Shown here: piece after piece, positions 11,601-23,004 of the stretch
Position numbering within the stretch: the first letter of the stretch is position 1
Layout: every line of letters starts with the position of its first letter
Source: Pelomyxa schiedti
Lineage: Eukaryota; Protista; Evosea
Direction of reading: 5' to 3'
Length of the DNA: 57,728 nucleotides
Assembly (NCBI GenBank): GCA_020536535.1
Contig: JAHLWZ010000750.1
Span: forward strand, 1-57,728
Notes under the pieces: model-generated
Databases searched by the model: none
Told to the model about the DNA's origin: nothing
Seen by the model: the letters and a program-made list of their open reading frames with translations, nothing else
Program-made: the position numbers and the translations under genes

Positions 11601-14600
11601 TCGGGATTTGGGTGCTGGTTGTGTTGGGACCCAGACTGACTCGTACCTATCACAGTGTTCAGGAAATTATAAAGGGAAAACGAAGATTACATGCACTTCT
11701 CAAGGGGAGCTGTTCTGGCAGAGGTTGTTGGCTGCTGTTTCAGCCAAGGAGGAGTGGTGTTGATCCAAAACCGTTGTGGATCCCAAGAAAGTATTGGTAA
11801 TTGAACATCCCCACAGGTTGCACCAGGCTTGGATTTGAAAGCCTCAGCATTCCCTTCAAAAAGGAACTTCATGAAATCCATCTTTGCACCACCAGCCCAC
11901 GCTGAAGCAACGTTACTGGCCAAAGTCAACCGTTCCTTTTCTTTCCTGGAATTCGTGGTCAGTGCTTAACACTCAAGGTCTTGAGCCTTACCTGATCAAT
12001 GTAGGAACTGCATTAACATTCACAGAAAGTGAATCAACAATCATTCGGATGTACATACTTAATACAGAAGACCCGTTTCAACACAGGTTGAATGCGGGAA
12101 AAAGAAAGAACAATCTGGGGTTGGAAGTGAGGCAATACAGGGGGTTGACAATGAAGGTGAAAACCTGATGACGAAACGCGGAGCTCACACCATTCTCCTG
12201 AACTGTGTCAGTCTGGGGTACCTATTATTATTATGTTTGAGTGGGGTGAAAATGAAAAGGGGAGACGGGGGATTACCACATGGTGACAGGCTGTCATGTC
12301 ATGGCAAGTCCACCACCTAGAGACATTTTTACATCATTCTTTTTTGCATCATTTTTTGATGGGGGGTGACAGTGACACGGACGTCGACGGCAATGGTCAT
12401 GATCACTTTGTTGTTGTTGCTATTGCTGTTGCCGAGGGTGGAGGTAGTGATGATGGTGCCAGACAGTTCTGGATGCAGGCCATTGGAGGAACAAGCTGAG
12501 GAAGAAGTGGATTTGTCATCAGTGTTCCGGACTTGCCAATTTTGAATCTTGGAACTCCGGTGCCAGGATGAGGTGATATTTCAATGAAAGTGGTGTAGCC
12601 ATCCTAGAGACAAATGAGGATTCAGAAAGCCAATGGGTCAGCCATACCTTAATAGCAGCGGAGATTGCTTTCTGGAAATATACAGGCCTTCTTATTTGTT
12701 TGCTCCAGTAGTCGGGGGTGAGTAGTTTCCCACTGATAAGCTCACCTGTGACCGTGGAGTACATAGACACCTTGGTTTCAGATGGCTCAACAAATGATAC
12801 CTTAAATCGTCATTAAAGTCATAAAGGTTTGGTGGTTTGGTAGTACTTTTTCAAGAAGTCTGGGAACCAGTGGTTCAAGCTGTGGTGAATGGAAAACATA
12901 ATTAACAGGGAGGTATTGCATGCGACAGTCAGGATGTGCTTGCTGTATAGCTGAAAGAAATAAGAGGTGTGACAAATGATGGGTGAAATACCATTTAAAC
13001 ATTGTGTTAAGTGTTCCTCATCACCAGAAAGTACAACTGATTTGGGAGCATTATAGGACGCAACAGAAATGAAATCCTGGAAAGGCACGACAAAATTATC
13101 TGCTTCTTCGGCTGTTAGATTCACAGCACACATTTTGCCCTTTCCTGTCTGCGAAAGAGTCCGGTTACTTATGGTCTAACAGCGGTTCTATTCATACCGC
13201 TTCTTGCATTAGATTTGCCCGGGCAAATATCAACTTGCAAGCTGTATCCAAATCTAAAGCACCACATATGTGTGCAGCAGGTATCTCACCAAGGGAATGG
13301 CCAAGGACTGCAGTGAACTCGAGTCCAAAATGTTCCCACAAATGGGCAAAGGAGACCTGCACAAAGGAGTTGGGGGAGTCCAAAACAGCGGGTATTCACA
13401 ACCTCAAAGAGGAAAAGTACAACTTGAGCAACTCTTGTCTGATCCAAAAGGGATTCTTCTACACTCATTTTGCTAAGCTCTTCTCTTATATCCCAGTCCA
13501 TGCCAAAATCATCAAAGTGCGTTCCCAGTTCATCACACATCTCTCGGTAATAATCATTGGTCAAGTAGAGCTCACGACCCATGGCATACCACTGTGGGCC
13601 TGTAGGTTTTGTGAGAAGTGTTTACTAACCCGTAATTACCTTGCCCAGAAAAAACAAGACAAGTCTGATTTTTCCCCGCTACAGCAGTCCCAATGACTGG
13701 TTTTCTGGATCCCTTGTTTTCAGGGGTCTGACAAAGATTAGAATAGAAAGCTTGATGATTTAGTACCTCATTGAGATAAGCATCAAGTTGGTTAGCCATC
13801 ATCTCTGCACTAATGCCAACGACTGCCATTCGATGCTTTCTAAGGTCTCTTCTGGTTAGAGATGACAGACAAATCTAAGAGTATTAGAAAAAAGTGAAAA
13901 AGTTGTGCATTAACAGAAAAACCTTATAAAGAGGAGGTGGTTCATCCTGAGACAAGAGAGCAAGATACTTGGCAGCAACTCGTCGGAGTGCTTCTGGAGA
14001 GTGTGCACTAAAAGGCAGTACCCACATGCGGTCATCAACTTCAGGTTCCTCAATTGATGGGGGAGGGGCGTTGCACAAAATTGCGTGTGCGTTTGTTCCT
14101 CCAAAACCAAACGAGCTAACTCCTCCAATAAGTCCCTTCTCTGACTCTGGCCAGTCCATAACCTTTATTTGTTTAAGTTTCTTTGTTTTCGAAGTGAGAT
14201 TTGCTTACCTCGGTAACAACTTGAACAGGCATATTTGCTAAATCAATGTTAGGGTTTGCCGTTTTAAAGTGCAATGATGCAGGGATCTTCTTAGAGTGAA
14301 TGCACAAAGCCAATTTGATGAGCCCTGCCAACCCTGCACATACTTCCAAATGCCCAATGTTACTTTTGGCGGAGCCAATGAGAAGCTTTTGATTAAGTGC
14401 ACGACCAGCTGATAAGGCACTGAAACAGTGTAAGAAAAAGGATAGGTACGAAAAGGTACAACGTTGCAATTACTTTGACTTCAATTGGGTCACCAAGTGC
14501 GGTCCCAGTACCGTGGCATTCAAGATACTGTACATCCCTTGGAGCAAGGCCTGCCCTTTTATATACTTCTTCAAGTAACATCTTTCTTCTCTTAGTTATT

Positions 14601-15654
14601 TCTGGGATGGCAGTTGAGTACCTGTTGTGCCCGTGGATTTGGAGCAGTTAGACCATTGCTTTGGCCATCTTGGTTGACAGCAGTTGCTTTGATAAGGGCA
14701 TATATTCTATCTCCGTCAGCTTGTGCTTTTGACAAGGTCTTGATAATAATTGCTGCAACACCCTCACTCCGAACAAAACCGTTGCCTGATGCATCAAAGG
14801 CCTATCACTCCAGTGAGAAGTTTAACAAGAAAGTGCAGCGTACTTTGCATCTGCCATCACCAGCCAAAAATCCACTTTGTGCAAGAGCAATAGTTGGGAG
14901 AGGAGAGAGAAGCAAATTGGCTCCTCCGACAACAGCAGTGTTACATCGCCCTTGGTGCATGTAACGTGTGGCTACATCAAGAGCAACGAGTGTTGATGAG
15001 CAGGCTGTATCAAGGGTCATTGATGGACCTGTGTGGCTCATTACAAAGAGCAAATTGCTGTTTTTTTGTGTAGCTACCATGCAAGTTATAAATATACGAA
15101 ATCCTGTTGGCAGCAATTGAGAAAGCATTTCCTGTGGCAGCATAAGGAGATCCTATATTACTGTCGTGGTAGTGAAGTGCTGAGTAGTCACAATTGCATA
15201 TTCCAATAAAAACACCAGTTTTTGAACCGGACAATTTTTCACTCACCTGTGCCGGGATAAGCACATAAAAGGAGAGATCGTGGTTTTTTTACCATGTTGG
15301 CATCCTCAAAGGCTTCCTGTGTAACCATAAGAAGGATTCTGTGCTGTGGATCCATGTAAGTAGCTTCTGCTTTGGAGATATTAAAGAATCTGGGGAAAAT
15401 TAGTCCTTGGAAAACCAAAAAGAGGGCAGAACCTGTTGTCAAATAAGTCCACATTAGTAATATAACCTCCCTCTTTGGCATTGAGCTTCCCTGGAGTCCC
15501 GGGAACTGGATCATAAAATAGATCAACGGGATACCGTGATGCAGGTACACCGTCAATTGCGTCTATTCCTTCAACAAGTAGGTTCCAATAGTCTTCTTTG
15601 CCAGGAGCACCAGGAAAGCGGCAGCTCATACCAACAATTGCTGTGGGTTCAGTT
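8657..15654 (-). CDS. Type I polyketide synthase, modular architecture KS-AT-KR-ACP-KS(partial)-TE(partial). Many short introns, 5' end lost in gap, possibly disrupted.
   Basis: KS: [59 protein letters not shown]: VFSGQG|PQW, GHSLGE, YVFHS. KR: [29 protein letters not shown]: FGVESM. Second KS start: [13 protein letters not shown]...LDPQQRL...KTGLFVG. TE-like [17 protein letters not shown]. Confidence 0.9.
12065..12563. other. 499-bp foreign insertion inside the PKS AT domain
   Basis: Removing it rejoins ...[17 protein letters not shown]...PTLIR in frame. Its ends are not GT/GC-AG. A 3-bp direct repeat CAG occurs at 12065-12067 and 12564-12566. Confidence 0.7.
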
Positions 15655-15773
15655 CTGTTTCATATAAGTTTTGNNNNNNNNNNNNNNNNNNNNNNNNNNN
15701 NNNNNNNNNNNNNNNNNNNNNNNNNNNNNNNNNNNNNNNNNNNNNNNNNNNNNNNNNNNNNNNNNNNNNNNNN

Positions 15774-16677
15774 CGTTCTCTGAAAACTGAATGCAGTGAC
15801 TGAAAGGCGTCTGATTCACTTTCCCAATGAAACACCTGAAACCGGCTCTGTACATCACAATAACAGTGGTGACAACACTTCCTTTGTCCACCTTTATGCT
15901 TGTTTCACTGCACAAACACAGTGACCGGGAACTGAAGGACCTCTCAACATCAATCACTGCGAACACATATTTATCAGGTGAGTGGAGATCTCTCACCACG
16001 GCAACAAGCTCATTCACTGCTGACTTGTTGAACACAAGGGCTTCTACTCGGTAATTCACATCAGGGTAATCAAGCCTGACAACAACAGATGTGGCCCCAG
16101 GATCCCTGTCCGCCATCCTCCCAATTGATATCCGCAGCATCCTAATCTCTGCCAATGCGTAGCTGTCAAGTGCACTTGCCACAAACCACACGTGATTCAC
16201 TGCATGCACAGGATTGCTCTCCACCATCGCTGCCCGCGGGAGCAGTGAAATCTGGTCGCCAGTGGCCGAGTCGTACAGCAGAAAAGGTGGCTGCAAGCGC
16301 CGCGTGTTGTCGACCCACTTCACTGCTGGTGGCTCGAACACGCTACTGGCTCTCCAACCATCTGGTGCGATAACGGGGCAGTCACCAATGATTCCCAGAA
16401 CAAGTGGCGACACCTCGAACTTGATCAGCAAGTAGATATCATTCGAAAAAATATAGGGCCCGACGGCGAACCGTCGGCGGGTGTCCATGACCAACCCCCA
16501 CACCAACCTCGCCGCGTTTATTCCCTCGCCGGGCGATGCTGTACTTTGATTGTGGGACGATGGCCAAGACGAGGACGAGGAGGACCGCGACCAACCGCAC
16601 CTTGGGTGCGAAACAAAGCACAGCGCAACAAATTGGTCGATGGCTCGGAGTGTCCAACAAGACTGTGGCGTTGTCAT
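15774..16677 (-). CDS. HPRCG-family unknown protein (3' end lost in gap)
   Basis: Intronless ORF starting MTTPQSCWTLRAIDQFVALCFVSHPRCGWSRS. Colinear with 18140-19387. Confidence 0.8.
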
Positions 16678-16824
16678 CGGTCGAGCAATGTAAAACTGTT
16701 TTCGCGGTAAATGAAGTCACAAGAAGCGTCTTACTGCCCCCAGGGATGAGGTGACTCTGAGGGTTCAGTTAAGCTATAGCTGTTCCAACAATTTGAAATT
16801 GGAAAAAGAGGGATTCTTTTGCAC

Positions 16825-17937
16825 TTAGGACAATGCACAACCGTCCGTGCTTCGCACTTTCTTCTTCTTTGGCACTTGGGATTGGTTTCTTTTTTCCTCC
16901 CTCTGTTGGGAGTCTTGTGACTCTGTAACAGCCAGAAGGTCATGGTATGTACTGGCCACTGCTGTGCTCCAGCACTCTTCAAGACCCTGGCCTGTGTAAC
17001 ATGACACCTGTAATGGTGAAAAGGGGAAAAGCTTCTGATTTGATCACCTCAAAGTAGTGAGCACCACCAAGTTCAGAGCAGAGTGAGTGTATCTCATCAG
17101 GTGTCACTGCTCGTGCCAAATCACATTTGTTGCCAACAATAAACACCTTGGGCAGAATGTCACCTCTTCCAGAACTGGTCTCTGTGAGTTCCTTGACATA
17201 GTGGGGAACAGCTTCAAATGACTCATGGTCACTCAGGTCAAAGAGAACAAAGAAACCTTGGCCAGAGCCAGTCAGTGGTGTATTGGTTTTATGTTAAGCA
17301 TACCAACGCAGTACCTGTACCAAGAAACGGAAACATGGAAACTTCCCTCAAGTGGAACCATCATCTATCATCCTTTGTGTAGTGACTGGAAAATGGAAAA
17401 AAGAGAGTGGAGACACACCTTGGTTTGTAAAAGTGTATGCTTCCCCTTTTCCTCCAAGTCAAATGTGCCATGTGCGTCCCATGTGAGCTGCACACCCTCA
17501 TGATCAACATTGCGCTGTAGTCGAGGTACCTCTACACACCACACCACCCAAATCCCATTTTTGTGTTTTAATGAGCCCCACAACAATGTAACAGTGGAAC
17601 AATAGTCAACACCACACACACAATCCATAGGAATTAACAACGCACCTGAGAGTGGTCCTGATGTCCTGCCCTGTACACACCGTGACGCAAACGTTGCCTT
17701 TCCCACGTTGGCCTCCCCAATCGGAGCCAAGGCTATCTCCCACTCCCATTGTTGTTCTTGTTCCTGTGGTGGTTTGGTGGTGGTGGTGATGCTGGTGCTA
17801 CTACTAGTCACTGATGACGGGGATGAGGGTGATGGCGACGGTGGTTGTGAGGGGTGACGTGACATGTCAACGTATCGTGATAACTTGTGCTGCTGTTGTG
17901 CAGTCACAGATGATGATGCCGTGGTTGTTGATGCCAT
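16825..17937 (-). CDS. Atypical Ras-superfamily small GTPase-like protein with CaaX box (multi-exon)
   Basis: P-loop GEANVGKA, then WYRYCV|GFFVLFDLSDHESFE, G4 IVGNKCD, G5-like YFE|VSCYTG, and C-terminus KKKKVRSTDGCALS*. Confidence 0.8.
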
Positions 17938-18139
17938 TGTGTCCAGTGCTGGTTGTTGTTCACCCAATTGGCTGTATAAAATAATCAACAGACCGGAACC
18001 TTATCGTCCCATTTTTGTTGCAAGGGAGCCGGATCCAATTTAAATTAAATGTGAACCATTTATGTTGTATGACCCTCATTTATGGCAGGCTCATCCTATT
18101 TTTTGGTTTTTTTTGCTGAAACAACAAACACAACTTCCT

Positions 18140-19387
18140 TTATGAGGAGTGGCGGGGGAAACAGAAGGGATTTGAAAGGGAATAGGTCCCTCCTACAGCA
18201 GGGAGAGTGACCCTGAGCACAGTGAACCCTGTGAGTGGTTCCATAACCCTGAGGTCATTGTCCTCCATGTAAAATAGCAGCTCAGCTTCTGTTTTAGGGT
18301 CACTGATATTGCAACTTGGCAGTGGAAGTCTCAAGATAGGCCTGGCAGGTTTGTTGCAATCCCAGATGTCACACTGATAACTTGTTTCTTTTTTGTTGTA
18401 AAGAATCACAGCAAACAGATTGGTACTCAATTGGGAAACTTTCCAGATATCAGTTGTCAGAACAGTTACGTTGCAGTTGTTCTCTGAAATCTGGACACAT
18501 TTCATGAAGGGCACCAGATATGCTTCTGCAATGAAGCACCTGCAACCTGCTTGGTACATCAAAATGACAGTATAGCCCAAGATGTAACATCCTGTGTCCA
18601 ACTCGATGCTTGTTTCACTCAACACACACAATGACTGGGAACTGAAGGACCTTTCAATGTCGATCACCACAAACACACATTTCTCAGGTGATTTTCGATC
18701 CATCACCACAGCAACAGCCTCATTCGCCACTGACTTGCTGAATAAAACTGCACCCACTTTGTGACTCACAGCAGGGTAACCAAGCCTGATAACGACAGAT
18801 GTGGCACCAGGATCCCTGTCGGCCAGCCTCCCAATTGACATCCCCAACATGTTTCCCCCCTCCAAATCGCTTTCAAATCCACTTGCCACAAACCACACGT
18901 GATTCACTGATTGCACAGGATTGCTTGTGGATGGTTGTGGTGGCAGTGCCCTTGGATACAGGGACTCCTCTTCACCAGTGACCAAGTCATGCAGTGTAAA
19001 AGGCGGCAGAAGCCATCGCCTGCTGTCTACCCACTCTGATGCATACGCATATTTCCAATTCCTTGCTACCCAGTCGTCAAACGTGATCACGGGATCACCA
19101 AAGATCCCCAGAACAAGTGGTGACATCTCGAACTTGATCAGCCAGTAAATCCGACGCGAAAAGATCAGCGGCCCGATTGCGAACTGTCGGCGCGTGTCCA
19201 CGACTAGATCCCACACGAGCCTCACTGCATTTGTCGCCTCGGATGACGATGCGATTTGATTGTGGGATGACAATGAGCCCCGAGACCAACCGCACCTTGG
19301 GTGCGAAACAACGCACAAGGCAACAAATTGGTCGATGGCTCGGACCGTCCCATAAGCCCGTGGTGTAGGTTCGCCCGTCGCAGTCAT
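18140..19387 (-). CDS. HPRCG-family unknown protein, intact, 415 aa
   Basis: Intronless ORF with N-terminal RAIDQFVALCVVSHPRCGWSR and C-terminal CDIWDCN...LRVMEPLTGFTVL...PFCFP. Confidence 0.85.
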   Translation of the reverse strand: MTATGEPTPRAYGTVRAIDQFVALCVVSHPRCGWSRGSLSSHNQIASSSEATNAVRLVWDLVVDTRRQFAIGPLIFSRRIYWLIKFEMSPLVLGIFGDPVITFDDWVARNWKYAYASEWVDSRRWLLPPFTLHDLVTGEEESLYPRALPPQPSTSNPVQSVNHVWFVASGFESDLEGGNMLGMSIGRLADRDPGATSVVIRLGYPAVSHKVGAVLFSKSVANEAVAVVMDRKSPEKCVFVVIDIERSFSSQSLCVLSETSIELDTGCYILGYTVILMYQAGCRCFIAEAYLVPFMKCVQISENNCNVTVLTTDIWKVSQLSTNLFAVILYNKKETSYQCDIWDCNKPARPILRLPLPSCNISDPKTEAELLFYMEDNDLRVMEPLTGFTVLRVTLPAVGGTYSLSNPFCFPRHSS

Positions 19388-19450
19388 GCAGTTTTTGATG
19401 GTTCTCTGAAATCCACAAAATTACGAAAAAGTACAAAATTTTGTTGTTTG

Positions 19451-20565
19451 TTACTTGGGCCTGGCGATGCACTCGGCCGAGTGGGTCGACGACGCAATTG
19501 GGCCGAAGCACAAGCACGCAGCGTTGGACGCCGGCTTGCTCCCGTACCTCTTGGCCACGGCCCCCGTGCTCCTGTCGATCTCCACGAGCTGCTCCAGGCC
19601 CGACCACGAGTCGACGCCGATGGCCAGCAGCTTCCCCGTCGTCGGGTCGTGCGACATGCCCCCGGGCGACTCGTCCGTGTACATCANNNNNNNNNNNNNN
19701 NNNNNNNNNNNNNNNNNNNNNNNNNNNNNNNNNNNNNNNNNNNNNNNNNNNNNNNNNNNNNNNNNNNNNNNNNNNNNNNNNNNNNNGTGCTCCTGTCGAT
19801 CTCCACGAGCTGCTCCAGGCCCGACCACGAGTCGACGCCGATGGCCAGCAGCTTCCCCGTCGTCGGGTCGTGCGACATGCCCCCGGGCGACTCGTCCGTG
19901 TACATCACCGGGTTCGACGACCCCGGCAGCAGGTTCATGTTCCACGCGCCCGTGTACCACCAGAAGAGCCCGCCGCCGTTGGCCCCCAGGTGGTACGTGC
20001 CCCATATCCCCGAGCTCTCCACCGTGTCGCCCGCGATGTCCATCAGCTGGTCGAACGTGGAGGTGCTCCATTCCGTGAAGGCGCCCGTGCCCAGGTTGAG
20101 GGAGCCCTCGTGGTTCTGGGTGGGGTCCGCGCGGTCCGTGAAGGTGACGTACATGGCGGAGTCGGTGTAGGCCATGCCTGTGCAGTACTGGTCACTGAAC
20201 GGGACAGTGGGCCCTATCTCGGTGTCTTTGCAGTCCTTGGTGGAGATGCTGTGCAGGGTGTTGTCCGTGGCTTTGATTGCGTAGATCGTGTCTGTGTTGC
20301 CGTCCTTGAAGTCTCCTGTAGGTTGTTAGTAGTTCAACACTAAATTCTCACTTTATTATTGGTGAAAAAATTCCCCCGACTCACCAGCTGCAAAAAGGTC
20401 GGTCACTTGGCATATTTGAGTGCCGGCAAGGTCGCTGAGGTCTGTGAGGTGCACAAGCCACTTGTCGCTGTTGCTGATGTAGTAACCATTCACAGCCTGA
20501 CATGACACAGCATCAATCAGCAGGAGTACAAGCACCACAACTGCACAAACAACGTTTGGTTGCAT
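19451..20565 (-). CDS. Secreted protein with beta-propeller-like repeats, copy A (one intron)
   Basis: Signal-peptide-like MQPNVVCAVVVLVLLLIDAVSC and a GT-AG intron after ..LFAAG. Repeats LNLGTGAFT, HDPTTGKLL and IDRSTGAV. The frame is restored when the 121-bp gap overlap is merged. Confidence 0.75.
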
Positions 20566-21784
20566 CGTGTGTTTTGTTTGTTTTCGTTTGTTGTAAAAAC
20601 AAAATCTCACGTCGGCCAGCACGAAAGCATTCAACAGGAAACTAAGCTTAGTTTTCCTGGAATTCCATTGTTGTGGCTCTGTGTGACTTGTGATGTTCAC
20701 GGAATTCTGGAGAGGTTGAGGACAAGCCGAGCCCCGCAAAAAAAAAGGGACTGTCTAATTGTTCAACTACATTCAGGGATTTTCGGAGGAAGTGATGCGA
20801 CAAGACTCATTCACACAAAGCTATTGCACCTTGAGATTAAGTTCCAATTTGGTTCCTGAAGAGTTATGTAGGCCAGTGATTCGCAGTGAAGTACCAGAAG
20901 TAAGTGTGAGTAGCAGTTGTGGGTGTGGTTGTGCTTGGTGTTGGTACCAAGGTTGCATTTAAATGAATGGGGTAAGGACGGCGTTTGTGCTGATGGGGAT
21001 GTGGTGGCACAGTGGCAAGTTTCAACAGCAAAAGCACCGCTGGCGTGAACGTCATTTCGATTTGACTACGGGGGAGTGAGAACAGGAACTGGAGTGTATA
21101 CAAACATATATATCTAGTGAATGGAGAGAAATTACTGGGACCGGTTGCGGTAACTTGGCTTGGCGGGATTAATATTTTCCGGGGTCCGATTGTTGTACAG
21201 GGTATGTATTTGATGAGGCCGATTTGAGGGCAACAAAAGGATTGTGGCGAAACAACGTTGTGAACAAGAATTCCTTGTGTTACTATGAGAACGGAAATGG
21301 GTTTAGATACATAGAGGAGAGTGTATACAAACCAATGCGAGCAGGTGCATTGGAAGAACTTCAGAGTCAGAAAAGAGTGCTACGACATACAGGTTGCCGT
21401 GTCCGAAAGAAAGAATGAATCCGAGGAGGCTGGTCCACAGCACTTTTTATTTGGTTTGTGTGGTCCCACTGTGTTGCTTGGGTATAAGGTAACGCGATAG
21501 TTACCTTGGTGACCGCAGCCAGTGAATTATATAAATTACTCGCTCGCCACAATGAGCCCCGCGCGCCACTTCGTGTCCCTCCCGCGGCTCACCAGTCCTC
21601 CTCCACTCCGAGGTCGCATCAAAAATAGTGTAGTACGAAGTGAAAGACTCCTCTTGTGCCTCCACGATGAGGCTCATTTGCGGGGAGAGTACTTCAATAC
21701 ATTGTTTTTAATTCCGCCTTTCGTCTTGAAGTTCATCAACAAAGAACGGCTACAAAAGTCATTGTGTCTTGGTCACTCGTTGGG

Positions 21785-22686
21785 TTACTTGGGCCTGGCG
21801 ATGCACTCGGCCGAGTGGGTCGACGACACAATTGGACCGAAGCACAAGCACGCAGCGTTGGACGCCGGCTGGCTCGTGTACCTCTTGGCCACGGCCCCAG
21901 TGTTCCTGTCGATCTCCACGAGCTGCTCCATGCCCGACTCGACGCCGATGGCCAGCAGCTTCCCCGTCGTCGGGTCGTGCGACATGCCCCCGGGCGACTC
22001 GTCCGTGAACCTCACGGGGTCCGATGTCCCCGGCAGCGTGGTCATGACCCCCAGTCCCATCCACCACCAGAAGAGCCCCTCGGCGTCGGCCCCGACGTGG
22101 AATATCGCCGTGACCCCCGGCACCCCTGGGACGGCGTCCTCCGCGATGTCGAGCAGCTTGTCGAACCACGCCGTGCAGCATTCCGTGAAGGCGCCCGTGT
22201 CCAGGTCGACGGTGCCCTCGTGGTTTGCGGTCGTGTAGGCACGGTCTGTGAAAGTGACTACCATGGCGGCTTGGGTGTCTGACCACCCCATGCCTGAGCA
22301 GTACTGGTCGCTGACTGGTGCGCCAGTCGGCCCTATCTCGGTGTCTTTGCAGTCCTTGGTGGAGATGCTGTGCAGAGTGTTGTCTGTGGATTTGATGGCG
22401 TATATCTTGTCTGTGTCGCCGCTCTTGAAGTCTCCTGTAGATTGCTTGATTAACCACGAACTTGTAGGATGTACATTTATTATGTCTTTGTTCCCCACTC
22501 ACCACATAAATAAAGGGCAGTCACTTGGCATATTTGAGTGCCAGCAGGGTTGCTGAGGTCCGTGAGGTGCACAAGCCACTTGTCGCTGTTGCGGATGTAG
22601 TAACCATTCACAGCCTGCCCTGATGTTGCCTCTATCAGAAGGACCACAAGAACCACCCCAAATGCACAAACTACGTCTGGTTGCAT
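21785..22686 (-). CDS. Secreted protein with beta-propeller-like repeats, copy B (one intron)
   Basis: Paralog of 19451-20565 with the same intron position and near-identical C-terminus (CLCFGPI.SSTHSAECIARPK*). Confidence 0.8.
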
Positions 22687-23004
22687 ACTTTTCTTCTTTT
22701 TCGTTTTTTGCAAAAAGCAGACCCAGTCGATGTTTCGACCACACCAGCAATACATTTTTTACCGGAATTCTATTGTTGTTGTGATCAATGTGACATTGAT
22801 TGGTTCCCCGAATTCAAGAGATGTTGAGGAAGAGTCGGCTCAAGGGTTCTTGTGGATGTGCTAGAAGGACATTCGGGCTTGGAGTTGTTTTCTGATGGTT
22901 GTTTGGACTTACTTTTGTTTTCTTTCTGAGTGTCATACCAGACACTGGGCAGTGGAGGTTGTGGGTACCACTGCCTCGGTTCCCACGGATACTGATTGTT
23001 TTTT

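Noticed and set aside
8657-15654. Bacterial contamination or alternative genetic code as the cause of the fragmented PKS ORFs
   Set aside because: The fragments join through ordinary GT-AG introns like those of neighbouring host genes, and no stop-codon reassignment is needed.
15649-16677. ORF apparently running from the HPRCG gene through the gap toward the PKS
   Set aside because: It crosses Ns with no overlap. The true gap size is unknown, so no fusion can be inferred.
20740-21760. Intergenic stretch with repeated gagtgtatacaaac and intron-like pieces
   Set aside because: Possibly a decayed gene, but I could not build a coherent reading frame or motif.
19301-22505. Multiple long overlapping ORFs on both strands
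   Set aside because: A by-product of GC-rich codon usage in the two secreted-protein genes. Only one frame has a signal peptide and a consistent intron in both copies.
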